The notes under the pieces were generated by a model, which did not search any database, was not told the origin of the DNA, and was given only the letters and a program-made list of their open reading frames with translations. 64,000 bases of DNA from the human T2T-CHM13v2.0 reference genome, Homo sapiens. The position numbers and the translations under genes were made by a program. This document shows positions 27,726 to 44,545 of this stretch, one piece after another; positions within the stretch are counted from its first letter, which is position 1, and the number at the start of each line of letters is the position of its first letter. The DNA lies in NCBI RefSeq assembly GCF_009914755.1, contig NC_060926.1; one strand, given 5' to 3'.

Positions 27726-29589
27726 TGTGTGTATCATAAATTTTAAGTTAGCACTGATAATATTAGTGCTGTTGATACTAGAATTATTTTTTCTCGATCA
27801 ATTATTTTATGAATTCTATTAGACCAACTTTTAGATATGCTTCATTATGATGTGGAAAAATTTGTTTATAAATCCCTCTACCCTGTTAAATTGAGTGCTT
27901 TGAGGTAAGTGTTAATGGTGTATACTCACCTGCCTACTAGCTCTATACCCTTTAGCAAGGCTCTATGTTTGTTAGAGTGTAATATGATGAGCATATTTTT
28001 AGTAAGAAAGAAGTATGCATATGTATCTCTAAGTTCTTCTTACCTACATACTCTATGTGTCTATCTATCTGTCTATCCATCTATCTATCTATTCATCTAT
28101 AGCTGTAATTTTATCTATCTATAGATAGCTTTTTTTATATTAACATAAAAAAGTGAAAAAATATGTCCCCATTGCCCACTTTAGGACGCGTAAATATAGA
28201 AGGAGTGATTATTAACTTTATATGCCTCAAAATTGCTTGACATACTTCTGATGACATTATTTTTACTGAAAAATTATGTCTCCTGAGTTGAGAGATTAGA
28301 AGCATCTTTTTAACTGATTACTGCTTAGATAAATTTAGGCTAGAGTTTACAATTTTCACAGAGGAGAGGAAGCAGTTCTGTGTTAATCTTTTCAGAACAC
28401 AGAAATCTTTGAAGATTCAGCCAATATTTTAACCACTAACATGCCAAACATTATCGGAAGTATAATAAGGCTAGAAACTTTGGATGCTCTTCCAGCCAAG
28501 AGTCTATTATGTCTATATCTTGCAATAGTTGTTATTTGTATATTCATAGACTTCTATAACTACATATATATATCTATATTTATCTGTCACAAAAATGCCT
28601 TTATTAATGATTGTTAGTATCTTTCAAGGTAGAAATAGCCAAATGACCAGAAACTAAAACATATTTTTTTTCTCTAATACACTCCATGACCCTTGAAAGG
28701 CTGTTACTCAAGCAATGTGCTAACATCAACTCTAGACCATGGCACTGACCTTACAAATCTTTAGCTGAAAAACATTTATATCTCTCATTTGAGAGTGCTA
28801 GGATGTAAGGTCTGCTATTATTTTTATCTAGTCATATATAGCCTGTCACATCATCATTGCATTTTGGGCCTTCTTAATGCGTATATTCATTTGCAACTAA
28901 AAAGTTTAGAAGAAAAGGCTAGCAATTCTCTTCTACCTCAAAGAATGAAAATCTAGGAAGTTTAACAAACTGATGCTATCATCCCTGTGTTCCTGGGGGC
29001 AATTGCAGCTCACACATGTAATTGTGTAGGATAGGCAATGAGAGCTAGCTACTAGAAATTGAGGTTCTGTTTTGTGATTTTTCTAGTTGAAATCATATGA
29101 TCTTTAAGAATGGGCAAGTTTGAAAAAAATGGCCCATATATTCCTGGTGAAATTAATCAATACCTAATTATTTAGAAGCTGTAAATGCTATCTTTGGCTG
29201 ACATGCTGACAAAATGTGTTTTCTTCTGTCAATAAAGGCCAAAGAATCAGAAATCTACCATAAAGAAGGTTATTACAGGGCACAAAAGTCTTAGCCTCAT
29301 TCTCGGATTTAGCTATTTCATCAATTTAATAGTATTCCTGTCCCTTTAATAAGAAAAAAAAAAGAGCTTGACCCTTACAAATATAACTGGAAAATAGTGA
29401 TACCTGAAACCACAGAAAATACAATACTCTAAAAATAACTTCAGTATTCAGTACATTAGCAAATCCTGAGATATGGAAAAAATAAATATCACCTATTACC
29501 CCTAAGAATATATTTAAAATGTCATGCATTGGTCTGCTTTGATATTTAAGTGTTTGTTTTTAATCTGAGAATCAGCTTTCATTGCTTAT

Positions 29590-30193
<604 letters not shown>

Positions 30194-31006
30194 ACTGACG
30201 AAGCAAAAACCATGTACTTAGATTTTAAATTATATCCTACAGTTTTTTTTGATAAAATTACAGCACTGAGTAGCACTCTTCCTCATACCTACGTTCCTCA
30301 CCATTTTCTTTTGTTATGCCTTAAACCATACACACTTTTATACTTAAATGTAAACTTAGACACTTTGCCTTAAATTTAGATTTCTTCATAATAGTGAAGA
30401 ACAAACTATTAATAATTAGCCTGTCATAAATGTTTACTGCTTCTAAGGTCACTGAGTTTGTATTTTTTACCATAACTAGGAATTAATCTTTAGAGGCTTA
30501 GTTGAATTCAAGTTCTACTTGGAAAGAATCTCCGGTAAATATAGGCTCACATTTTATCTATATAGTGACCAACTGTCCAACTATCTTTCTATTTTTATAC
30601 ATCTGAGCATTAAATAAATATTTGTGTTGAGTTGCTTTTATAATAAAACTGTTGTGAAGACACCATTATACCATATATTACTTCAAATCTTTTCTTTCTT
30701 ATATCTTTTATAATACTTTTCAGACTCCACTAGTTTTTATACTCCAAACAAACAAAATTACATTTATACCACTAGAGATTATATGGAAGCTTGCAAGTAC
30801 AATTAAACATTGTTTACATATCTCACAGTAAAACTAGTTCATTAAACTCCTAAATTATAAACGTCATCAGCCTATGAATAACCAGATAAAAGAATATAAT
30901 TCTAACATCATCTTTAAAACATTTTTCATGGCAAACAGAATACACAAGCTGAAAAAATGCATAAAACATAAACACATTGTAACAAACAGCTATAAAGAAA
31001 ATACCT

Positions 31007-31340
31007 GGCCGGGCGTGGTGGCTCACGCCTGTAATCCCAACACTTTGGGAGGCCAAGGAGGGCGGATCACGAGGCCAGGAGTTCGAGACCAGCCTGGCCA
31101 ATATGGTGAAACCCCATCTCTACTAAAAATACAAAAAAAAAAACAAAAAAAAAAAAACAGCTGAGCGTGGTGGCGCGTGTCTAGTTCCAGCTACCGGGAA
31201 GCCTGAGGCAGAAGAATCACTTGAACACGGGAGGTGGAGGTCGCAGGTCGCAGTGAGCCGTGATTGCACGACTGCACTCCAGCCTGGGTGACAGAGTGAG
31301 ACTCCATCTCAAAAAAAAAAAAAAAAAAAAAAGAAAAGAA
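31007..31340 (+). mobile_element. Alu (AluS, Sg/Sc-like)
   Basis: Full dimer, expanded central A tract, long tail. TSD AAAGAAAATACCT (30994-31006, 31341-31353). Confidence 0.96.
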
Positions 31341-31599
31341 AAAGAAAATACCTGCCTAAGCTACATGTCAAGAAGTAGAACAATCTGAGAGTCTCAGAAG
31401 CACCTGTTTGTGTCCCTATCTGATTTTGCAACCCTCCCTTCATCCTAAAAGAGACCAGTATCATTTCTTTCCTATTTAATTTTACTTCTACAAAGATGAT
31501 TGGTTAATAATGTCTTATATACCTCCCAAACCACCATGTTGTTTAATTTAATTACCTTGAAGATTCTGATTTTTTAAAATTCAACTGTCATTGGACATT

Positions 31600-32540
31600 G
31601 GCATTTTGATGACCTCCTGAAACTAAAACTCAGTATGGTCCAACATAAGCTTTTACATTCTACCCAGTAAAGACCACCCTCTTATATTTTATTGATATAT
31701 CTTTTCTTTTCATTGATAGCATCAACTCCCCCATTTCAAATTCTGAAGCCTGAATTTCTCCCTCTCCCTGATATACCTCTGTATAAGTTAAAGTTAAATC
31801 CTATTCTGTTTTCTTCTAAAATAATTTTAATAGTCTGTCTTTTTTTTTATGTATAGGACTACCTGATAAAGGACTTCCTTATGTCTACTGGACTGTTGCA
31901 TTTGCCACTCACTTCTTCTCCCTGCTCTAACCTGAGCACTTTAGTCTCTTCCGTTCCTGGACTTAACAGACATTCTATGAATCACAATTCTAATAACGTT
32001 TCTCTCTTTAAATCTTTACTGCCTCCCTTTCACTTGATAATGTCCCAGACTTTCATTTGTCATACAAATGAACTCATGGGCTTGCCCAGTCTGGCCTCTC
32101 TCTCATTTCCTGACATTCCCTCCCCACGACTTTACACTATAACATTACCAATGGTATTACACTGTATTTCTTTGGGCAAACCATAGTGTTTGCTGACAAC
32201 ACTTACCTTTTCTCTTCACTCTCCCACACTCCCTTCCCACACATAGTCACATTTCTAGAAACTTTATTATTCACCAGGAAAGACTATCTCCCCATGGGAC
32301 AGCCTTCATCCTGGAAGACTCCCCTCCATGCTATCTTTGTATCTTGGATACAAACTTCTATTTTTGCACGTATCACAATGTCATAACATATTCTAATGCA
32401 TTTCAGTGACATGTTTCTCACTCCTAACAGCTGTGAACTTGAAATTAGGAGAAAATATTATGTATCTCTATATTTTCAGAGGTAACCATAATTCCTGGTG
32501 CACAGAAGATGCTCTTTCAATTCTTGTTCAATTGAATCTG
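31600..32540 (+). mobile_element. Degenerate L2
   Basis: Pyrimidine-rich L2-like sequence ending TTCCTGGTGCACAGAAGATGCTC..TTGTTCAATTGAAT. Confidence 0.5.
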
Positions 32541-34119
32541 TTCTTAAACTCTGTTTTCATGTCTTATTAATTCACATTTTATAATGACAGCACATGCGTA
32601 TTTTCCTGAGCTTCATTTCTGCATTCTTTCATTGTTTTATTGAAAATCCTAAAGGGGGCCCTTATAAGGTTGCAAGTGCTCAGGATTATCAGCTCAAACA
32701 ACTACTAAATGACCTATAGTCAAACCATGTACTTTTATATGACTAGAAGGATTTAGGCCTATATTTATAAACACACTTTATTTTCATATTGTCTATTTTA
32801 TGTAAGCCATTATGGAAACAACTTTTATCAGCTTTAAAATGTGCCTGGAGAATATAAACCACAGGTTTTATCTAAGAGGTAAATATATATGGTCTATACA
32901 GATCATTAACATTTGCAAAATTGAGACAGTAAAGTCACATTTCCTTTGAACTTTCTCTGTTTTTGTCTAATTTATTTCCACAAATTACTCTTAGAAATGA
33001 GCTGTTTTAAACAGAAAATTTGAGACACGATTTTCTTTGTATCTTAATTCTACCTTTTTTCCTGATGTGAGAGAAAAACAAAACTTCTTATTTTTCTATA
33101 TGCTGAAGAAAGATAAGGAGTAATGTTTATTTGTGTTTTTGCACTAAATTATTCTGACGTGGAGATCTTTTTTTCTTCAAGGTGAGTATTTTTCTTTTTT
33201 GTGAACTGTCATGCATACTGCAGCTTTCTACTTAACTCTTCTCTTTAGATTTGATTGCATAAAACCACTATTTTATTGTGAATATTATGATCAAGCCCTG
33301 CTAATTGATAAATTGTTTTTACTAGTTTGGCAAAATTATGAAAATAATAAACCTCATGGGAAGAGAATAAAACAGACTTTCAAAATCTTTTCTTGGTGTT
33401 CTGTTTTTCTTTAAAATACAGCATTAATATTGTATGGCAGTAAACTGTGTTATTCTAGTGCTGGTTTACTGCTGTAGTATTGGTAAGTATGTAAGAATTT
33501 CATATTCAATAGTGTTAAAAAGATTTCAATTTGTAGCTCATCTTTGGCTTATATTTAATGGTATTCTATGTTGTAAAGGGAGGAGACACAGAGTAATAAA
33601 TAGGCTCCTTACCACATTTTGTGAATTCGTATTTACCTAGGGGGAGAATTTAGGCAAATATGTAGGACAAACAACAATACCTTTGCTCATGTTTAAGACA
33701 ATGCATGAATGTTATGGGAGCTGAAGTTGTGAGAGAACAGTAGCCTTTCCTTCACTTTTGTTTCTTTCATCATATTTTATAGCAGTTTATATATTTAGAT
33801 TACAGTGTTGGAATATATGTAGCTGTTTTTTGATGTCAATTTTGTAAAATTGACTGTCTATATCCCTCCCTCTCTCCCTTCCTCCATTTAACCTTTTCTT
33901 CCCTCCCTTATATTTATTGATTAATTATATTTATTTTTCCTAGAAAATATGGCTAAATATCTATAAATTTAGAGATAGGTGAATATATGTTTATAACTTG
34001 AGATATTCTCAAAATATAAAACAGAAATCCTTACCGAAGATGTGGCTAACAAGCATGCCATGCTTTTTTACTATATTTCTGTAAATATATGGTTGCTGAA
34101 TAATTTCTTATGGCGTACC

Positions 34120-34497
34120 TCATTATTAAGTGTATTCACAATGTTGTACAACCATTATGACTATCCATTCCTAGAATTTGTTTATCATCCCAAACAGAAA
34201 CTCCATACCCATTAAATGATAACTATTTCCCCTTCACCTCAGCCCTTATCCACCACCATTACACTTATGTCTCTATTAGTCTATTTCATATATCTCATAA
34301 GTGGAATCATACAATATTTGTCCTTTTTTTTGTTTTGCTAACTTCGATTAGTATAATTTTCTCCAGGTTCATCCATGTTGTAGTATGTGTTAGAATGTCC
34401 TTTCTTTCTAGGGCTGGTAATATTATATTGTATGTATATGGCATATTTTGTGTACTGATTCATCTGTTGATGGACATTTGGTTTGTTTCCACCTTTT
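34120..34497 (-). mobile_element. L1MB-type 3' UTR fragment
   Basis: TTCACAATGTTGTACAACCAT..ATCATCCCAAACAGAAACTCCATACCCATTAA..AGTGGAATCATACAATATTTG..GGACATTTGGTTTGTTTCCACCTTTT. Confidence 0.85.
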
Positions 34498-35010
34498 CCA
34501 GAGTCTCACCCAAGCTTTTTTTCCATGCTTTGGATGGTCTATTTATGTCTCCGCATGGAATCTCTTGCCCAAGGATTTTAAGTTTTTAATCCCCTTATAT
34601 CTTTAACAAGCAGTTTCTTCCCGATTTTCCACCTGCATTTTGAGTTATGTGAGCCAAAGATGAGCAAGTCAGTCCTTTAGGTGACTCTCAGGAGAGTTAT
34701 AGCAGATACACACAATAATTTGCAAAGTTAGCTCTGTTCCCTCCAGTTCGAGGGAGAGAACTGGGGATCCTGGGCTACCGTCATTCGAGATCAAGACCAA
34801 CATGTAACTAGAATGAGGGCAAGTAAAATACCACAACACTTTTCTACCATTTTAAAGATTTTTTTTTCTTGAGGTATTCTCGTGGTTGCTATGAACCTTT
34901 GATTGTTTTCCAGAGCTCTGACAAGGTTGGCTCAGACAACCTGTGATATTTTTATTGTTGTTTCTTTCCGTAGTCGAGTAAGACCTTAAACTTCCTATTC
35001 TGCCATTTTG
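34498..35010 (-). mobile_element. Old L1M 5' end-like fragment
   Basis: TTTCCAGAGCTCTGACAAGGTTG...CTTCCTATTCTGCCATTTTG resembles the reverse complement of an L1M4-type 5' terminus. Confidence 0.55.
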
Positions 35011-35394
35011 TTCCATGCTTCATATTTTTTCAGCATTGTAACTTATCTGGAAACAGCTTATCCATACCACACACTTCCCAAAGCTGCATATAAAAATCAG
35101 GACTTTTCTCCCTGAACGTATAATAAGTTCCATTTTTCAATAATTTTTGATTCCCCCAATTCTTTCAACTATTAGTGACCCTTCATCTAGAATGTTTCTC
35201 AAATCTAATATTGTTTTTTAAAAAGTAAATCCTTCAATATTTTACCATTTTGCATTATTATAAATTACTCTCATATTTTCATTTTAAATATAGTTAATAT
35301 TTGCAAACAAAAAATTAAATTATATTTCCTTAGTGGAGTAAGCATACAAGTATTATATTTTAAACATAAATAAAATAGATAAGACAAGCTATGA

Positions 35395-36620
<1,226 letters not shown>

Positions 36621-39499
36621 CACACAAAACAAACACAAAGCTGGTTAAGGGTGGCTACTTTAGATAGGGTAAAAAGATTTCTCTGGGGAGCTAATATTTA
36701 AGCTGAAGGCATAGTACAGTGAGAAAGCTCAACATGTCATGTTCTGAAGGTAGAGTTTTACAGACTAAATGCAGTAAAATTATGTAACTCATGAGTGCAT
36801 AGCATCTAAAATCATTTATTTAATGATTGGAAAAAATGTAATCTACATATAAAACAATGAACATATACTATTATTATCCCAGTTTTCTATTTCATTTAAG
36901 GATACTGAATTACACGGGATCAAATGCCATTTCCAAAATTATATAGGTTTTAGATCAATTATTCACAAAGTACACCATAGCAAAAGAGAGTATGCTGGTA
37001 CTGTAACTGAACATTGTCATCCTCTGAATAGTTACTGACCAGCAAAATAAATAAAATATCAGAAAAGGGGAGTCTGAGCACTTCTAACACTTCCAACAAC
37101 TGCAAATTTTCCAAGGAAATATTATTGTTCACCTGTATGAGACAATTTTGCAAATCTCATATTTAGTTTACCTAAACATAGCAATGTGCCTATTTTGCAA
37201 AAATATCTCAATGAAAATACTGTGCAGATGTTTTTATAAGCTGATTTTAAAGAGTTCATTAGGAAGCAATTGTATAATAACATCCCTTTAAAGAAACAAA
37301 TGGCATTGTACGCACTGTCAAAGGGCTGAAGCATGAACACTGCTATAAAAAAGTTTTATTCTCAGAAGCTGGGTGAAAAACGTTACTCTTACATTTTTTC
37401 AGGAAGCTGTTAAGGTAATGAGCTCTTAAATAAGAAGGGAGCAGAATATGTAGAAGTGGAACTACAAATGGGCAGTTCCAGTTTCTCAATAACAAATTTA
37501 TACCCTTAAAAATTGTACATATACATACTAGTTTTAAGGTGAATTAAAATTATAAAAGGGTAGACTTCTGGCATTTTCTGACAGCATGCCCCACATAAAT
37601 AAGGAGTGTGGAAAGGGCAAGTAATGAACAAGAATTAGTCATTGAGAGTAATCAGATTGATTTGTAATCATGGGAGTTTCAACAAAACGTCAATGACAGA
37701 TGGAAAAAAAACATAAAATACAAGTTTGTTCTCCATTAAAAATAATCAGGCAAAATATTGAAAAAAATTTTGTCTTAAAGAAAATAAAAATATCAATACG
37801 AGGGGTAATGCTTACTATTACATTCAAAACAATGATGAAAGTGAGTTTTTATTATACATATTAATTTGAAATTTAATTAACTATCTACCATTAACAGAGT
37901 GTAATTTAACTCCATACCATGTTTTAGTTTCCAATGGGTAAACTAAATCTAAATAATTTTTAAAGAGAAAACAAAATTAAAAAGTACTTCCTCCATATAT
38001 GGTTTTGGTACTTGAAAATGAATCTCATTCCATAAATTAAGGCGTGTATAAAAATTTAAATAAACTTAAATCCATCTTGCTATCCCACCATATTTCAGGA
38101 AATTTTATCTTATTTATTATTAGGGCTTCTGCTTGAGGTCTGCAAAGTTCTGATGGCTTAACTTGCATGAAAGGCCCTAGATGGCCCCTACCATTCATTC
38201 ATATTGATGTCCATGCTGGTTATCAGTGAAATCCCCATCGCCCCTTCAGGCTGAATTGCCCTCCTGTCTCTAAATCACCCTCAAAGTTGTTAGAATCTTG
38301 AAAGAGACTTCTCTTTGGTTTATAGCTCCATAAGTCATTCTACACTCATTGTATGAGTCCCTGCTATCTCCCTGGGGCACTGCCACTGAGTTTTGCTTAA
38401 GTTTCTACAACCTGTGGTACAAACACCCTAAAACTTTTTCCAGCTTGGGAGAAAAAGATGACCTCCCATATGTGCCTATTGGCTCCCTCCTCTGGACACC
38501 TAATGGAAGCTCTAAATAGAGTTTAGCCTTTTTTTTTTTTTTTTTCCCCTAGAAGAAGAGGCTTTTGTTCCCAAACATTAATATTTCAGTTGGTCACATA
38601 TACAAAAGTGATTCTTGAAATGTCTAAAGTATCATGCAGGGAGAGGCTATTATAAGGTTTTTCTGAAACATTTTAGAAATTAATGGTTATATGGATACTG
38701 AAATACGACTAAAGACTTTATATTGAGTTTGTATAACAAAATGAATAATTCTGTTATACACACATACACATGCACACAAATCAAACCTGAATTTAGAATA
38801 TAGAGAAACAAACATATATTTGCCATCAAAGAATAAGCTCCATTTTGCTTCATTTATAGGAGACAAGTTGGTTTTATGAGAAAAGAAAATAAATAAAATG
38901 ATTTGGTAAAGTCTCAAGAGTCTCAGATATGTGCTAATTTCTTTTCATGTTAAAATAAAAGATAAAATATTTTATGTCTATAAATATATTTGAAAATCAG
39001 AAATAACAAAATTTAAGATAAATATTGCACAAGAAAAATAATTTTAAACCTTTTAATGATGTTTCAAACATACATATTTATATAAATTGAATTGAAAGAT
39101 GATCTTTAAACATAAATATATATGAATATTAATGATAATACTGTTAAGAAAATTACTTTTTTTTGCACTTAAGTATTAAAATAGTAGAGAAAAACAGAAA
39201 ATTTATAAAATGATAAAAATGCAACGTAACTAATTTGAAAGAAAATATTCAAGGTAACTCTTGCATTTTAATTAAGCAAATAAGTTTTAGATGAATTTAA
39301 AAGATGATATTTTAAAATAATACAACTGTTTTATGAAGAAAACTGTTAAAAATATTTCATTACTTTTTAAATTAATTAATGTTACCTACATTAATACATT
39401 ACTGAAAATTCTCCAGGGCTCATTAGTTCTTCTATTTCTATTTTCTTAAGATATAATATTGGAATTTAGAACTTAAGATCTGAGATATTTCTTGTTATC

Positions 39500-40670
39500 T
39501 AATATGAGCATTTAATTCTATAATATTTTAAAACTTTCATAAGTTAAAATTATACAAACATTGCTTTAGCTATGTCCTACAAATTCTACTGTCTTCTCAA
39601 TTCATTTCTAACATCTTCTATAGGTAATCAATTTCATTATTTTCTTGTTTCTTATAGATATATTTTTTTCATAAAAATAACCCCCCCAAAATTATATTCT
39701 TTTTCTTGTTATGGAAGAATATAACATGCTATGGAGTCTCTATTTCTCCTCTTTTTTAAAAAATTTAAGAGTATATCCTGGAAATCACTCTATGTAAGTT
39801 TATATACATTTCCTTCTTCTAGTTTTATATTACCCAGCACTACATTGTGTGAATGCATCACATTTTAATTACTTTCCCAAATATGGGCAATGACATTGTT
39901 ACCAATATTTTGTAATTGTGAACAAGACTGTGAGGAATAACCTTCTGCTTATGAAATTGTTTATTGTTGGAAGTGCGCCTTCACAGTAGACTTCTATTTA
40001 ATGAGATTTCTGGGTTAAAAGGTAAGTTCACTTGAGGTTTGTTTGGTCCTCTGGAAATGTTTTGCCACTGCATTTTCACCAGGATTGTGTAAAAGTTGTT
40101 TATTTTATTTTTCTGTCTAATTGCATTTGCTAAAACCTCTAGTGAAATGTTAAATTGTGGCAGAAATAGTAGTCAGACTTTCCTGGATTGACTAAAAAAT
40201 GTCTCTAATGTTTGTTATGCATTTAAGATACTGACTTTAGCACTAAAGTATTTCTCAATTATGTTTTTAGAAGACTTAAAAATTAAGAAATGGTTGTTAA
40301 AATTTATTGAAATTATTTGTAGCATGTATGGGAATAAGCATATGTTTTTCTCCTCAGAACTATTGATATATTATATAATATTAGTGCATTTTCTAATATC
40401 AAACCAACCTTGAATTACTGGATTTAATTTCACTTAGTCCTTAGTCATTTTGTATTTGTTATCTTATGCTCTCTTTTATGATATTATATTTAATATTTTT
40501 ACAGGAATATTTTTTCATAATATTGGTCTAAACTTATTTATATTTTCTTTATCGGATTTAAGACACAATATTTTCCTTGTTGTATAAAAGATATTAGGAT
40601 TGTTTTATTTTAGAAATGTTTGGGAACAATTTATAGTGTATCAGTACTATCTGCTCTTTGAAAGTTTGGC
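39500..40670 (-). mobile_element. Old L1 (L1ME/MC-type) fragments
   Basis: T-rich strand with GAGATTTCTGGGTTAAAAGGT, TAATTGCATTTGCTAAAACCTCTAGT and AACCAACCTTGAATTACTGG motifs. Confidence 0.6.
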
Positions 40671-40819
40671 TAAATATCTTAACACAATCATATAAAGAAA
40701 AAAAACTTCATACAATAACCAAAACATATTTATCAGAGCAAAATGTTCATTTAGATACATACAATCCAAATAATCTATGAGCTGTGATTTTCCCAATAAA
40801 TGATAAAATTAGCTAATCA

Positions 40820-41095
40820 CAAAGATCATTTTAAAAGGGAGGTAATAGGTCAGGAAAGAGAAAATATGCTACCCTGCTAACTTTGAAGATTGAGGATGGG
40901 CCCATGAGCCAAGAAAAGTAGGTGGCCTATAGAAATGGAAAAAGGAAAGGACAAATTAATAGGTATCTGCTAAAGTCTCCAGAAGGAACACATCCCTAAG
41001 ACTTCTGACTTCTAAACCTGTAACAATGACTATGACTGGTTTCAAATCATTGAATTGTGGTAATTTATTTTAACAGTAATAGGAAACAAATACAA
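40820..41095 (+). mobile_element. MLT1 (MLT1D-like) LTR fragment
   Basis: CTTTGAAGATTGAGG..CCATGAGCCAAG..TCCAGAAGGAACA..GTGGTAATTT..AATAGGAAACAAATACA. Confidence 0.8.
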
Positions 41096-44000
41096 ATTTC
41101 CTGAATGGAGACCAACTAGATTGCGTATACATTTACCATTAGCTTCAAAAACTCTGTTGTGTAGTTAGGAAAACTGAAGGACTTGGTTTAGAAAGTGAGT
41201 GAATATATGCTGTAAAAAATGGTGTAATATTTTGTATAACTGGTTTTCTCTGAATTAGCCGGAAACATAAAAAATTCATCTAATATTTTCTTTAACTCTA
41301 CTGAGGAAAGAATCATGGAGCTTACAGATCCTAGGACTTTGCAAGACAACACTGAAGGATTGTAGTTACAGTAAGCTTAAACAGGTGAAATTCTGAATTT
41401 GGTCCTCATTTGTTGCCAAGAAAACAGATAAAATCTTTTGTACATTCATATTGTTGTTGATGTTTTTTAATATTGCTTTTGCAACTGCACCTATAATTTT
41501 TAACATCCAGAATTTCAGAACTTAAGGTTTTATGTTTTTTGGAAATCAAACCACCTAAAAAGGCTAAATTAGATAGAAAAACATTGTTCACAAAGCAGCT
41601 CTTCAGTCATTATTTTGTTAAAGCTGATTTAGATATTTCTCAGAATTTTAAAGAGTAAATGAAAAATTAATAGTTATTCAAGCCCAATTTACAAGAAAAA
41701 TAATTAAACTTTTTAAAAATTAGATTTCTATGAGCAATGTGATTATGTTTGAATAGACTCATAAAAGTGCTACATTTATTATAATATAATTTAGAAAACT
41801 GGTGGCACTTGTATATCTAGGTATCACACATACAAATATTTCCCAAGTCCTTTTTTTGACAAAACTTCAAAGCAAGTGCAGAACCAACTTTAAAGATTCC
41901 CTAGTGGCATAATTAACACTTCTAGATCTTCTTCTAATTAATCACTGGGGACACTTGACTAATGTGGATTTAACTGCTAATTCAAAAGTTTTCTTTAAAC
42001 TATAGTACAACTTTAATTTTTTAAATAGTCTCTAGTTAGAATTGCATAGCTCAATACTAATAACTTTATTTTTGAAGAGGTGAATTCATGTTAACATTTT
42101 ACCAAGTGAAATGTCAACACCCCTTAGAGCTATTGTGGCTACATCAATGTCTACTATCTCTGGAGTCATTTTTTAAAAATCAGAGTTAAAACTAGTATTA
42201 ATCATGCATTTTTCAAAGATGTAAAAGAACATATCAATTCACAGTTGATTAGTTTTTCCTTCAGAATTAATAAAAGCGTCACCAAAGAGATAGTGCTACT
42301 TAAACTACATGTTTAAAAATTTGTGTTAATTTATTTGTAACTTGGTTAAAAAAATCCACATAGAATCATATTTCTAAAAGAGAATAAAACTAATTATAAA
42401 ATATGACTTATTTTGTACTTTCCATCATTGTACATGTCTGAATATTAGATCAATATTTTTGTACTTAATGACTTTTAATCTACTATTCAAAGTAAGTTTA
42501 TATGAGTAAACAGGAGATTGGTCCCTTATATCAATGACTTTCACACTTTTGAATATTCATTGATTCTATTTAGACTTTTATTTCAATTTTATATCCTTAC
42601 ACTGGTATATTCTGAGTCTTGAGGTTTAAGGTTACTCATAAGCAGAGGCAGGCATAAGTTTGCAGCAACAGGATTGTCAGTAACTTGAGAGCAAATCTAA
42701 ATCCATCAATTTAAGGAATACAGAGCACCGACTATGTGGTGCTTACAAATCCTAAATCCTAGGACTTTGTGACTATGTGAAAGGCACTTTTCTAGGATTC
42801 GGAGAAACAATGGTTAAAAAAAAAAAACCCACACACACACAAAACAGAGCTCCTGCTTTTATGAATCTTATATTCTAGTGACTGAATAAGCAAAAGGACT
42901 CTCAGTAACAGGTTTGAAGAGAACTACCGACCTCTGCATTTTTTCATGGATTAGGGCTTGTATGGGCAATTCTTGCTCAAACCACACATAGATGATTATG
43001 GAATACTACTGTAATTCATAACATTAATCTACATTTCAAAATGAGTTGTAAGATAATTTATATAAAACAATTGCAGAAACAATCACCTGTGTGAAGTACT
43101 TCAAGAACAGAATAAAACAATGTAATTACTGTGAACCAGAACATAACTACTAGTATCTAAACATTACTGCAAATATTAAAATAGAAGGCTATTTATGGTT
43201 GAAATCTGCATTCTTCATTAAACCTTATACTGTTTTACTATTTTATGGAGATTTAAAGCTAGTTATATAAATTACTTCTGGATAAAGAATGGAATCATAT
43301 GTTGCAAGCCCTATTATATAAGACAATAATCAAACAATACATAGACATTTATTTATAAATGTCTACTGTTAAAGATAGTGTTATTACTTACAAAGTATTT
43401 TTTAACCTTAGATTTAGATAGCATCTCAGTATTAAGTGGAATGAAATGAAAATTAATTATAATCATTCTGGGGATAAAATTACGTTTTTTATAATATCCG
43501 CAGTTTATACCCACAATAACATTAATTATCTGGAAAAATCTCATTAAAGACCCATGTTATTCAACGAAAGTGCCTTACCAGTCGTTCTGCTAACAACAGT
43601 TATTTAGCAGGTTACAAGTGTAAATAAAACACCTGAGTAAATTTTAGATCATAATGTGAAGGAATAATCCAAACAATGATGTCTAGTATTTTGTTGTATC
43701 AGTTGGCTGTCCTGCAATGATTCAACTGAGAACATTCTGTGCTTATTATCCAGTAAAGAAATGACACAGAAGAAATTTGAGGGCAAAGGGAAACTACATT
43801 ATGCATAAAAGCAAAGCTTCACCCATGATAGAAAGAATTCCTAGGGCTTGGAAGAAGGATGAAAAATAAAGTAATGAAGCTGATAGGGTGTGAAAAGAGA
43901 GAGCTAACCCCAGTGGGACCTTGCCTTACATGAGTTAACATTCAGAGAGACTGCCCAACTAAAATTTTAGCAAGCACCACCCATCTCTTAGTCTGTGAAT

Positions 44001-44545
44001 TGCATGAGTTTCAAGCTAGAGAACACACACCATTTAGTCTTCTTTTTATAAGCATCACACAGTGCCTTTACCAAAGTATTAGCGGAGTTAATTGGCTTTT
44101 CTTTTAGCATCTCTTCTTTCATGAACATTGAGCATAACTTCCATTGACCATTCAAAAGGGATGATACTTAGGCACGTCTTGAGACTTTGCTGTATTCATA
44201 ATAAAATTATCCTGTGAGGACACCCCTCATTTCTGCTAAACTGCCACTAACACTTTTAAAGTTTCAGGTTGTTGGCAAGTATCTGAGATAAAGAGAGAGC
44301 CTATGTGCTTAGTCCACCAGTGATGGCAGAAAGGAATGGCTCATGAACCTGTCTACATGTGGAGCTAAATGGAACCAACTCAACATCATTCCCCCTCCCA
44401 CTTGCCACACTAAAAATAAATAAATAAATAAAAGACTTATATTTCTGAGTCATGTTTAAAATTAATTAAAAGGATGTTTGTATGAGTCCATTATGGCATT
44501 AAACCAATTCCACAAAGTAGTCTAGGGAAAACCTCATGCTATCAG

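Noticed and set aside
27750-27770. Short hairpin AGCACTGATAATATTAGTGCT
   Set aside because: Imperfect stem of about 10 bp, within chance expectation.
33178-33187. Perfect splice donor AAG|GTGAGT
   Set aside because: No convincing upstream acceptor or frame; isolated donors are expected by chance in 64 kb.
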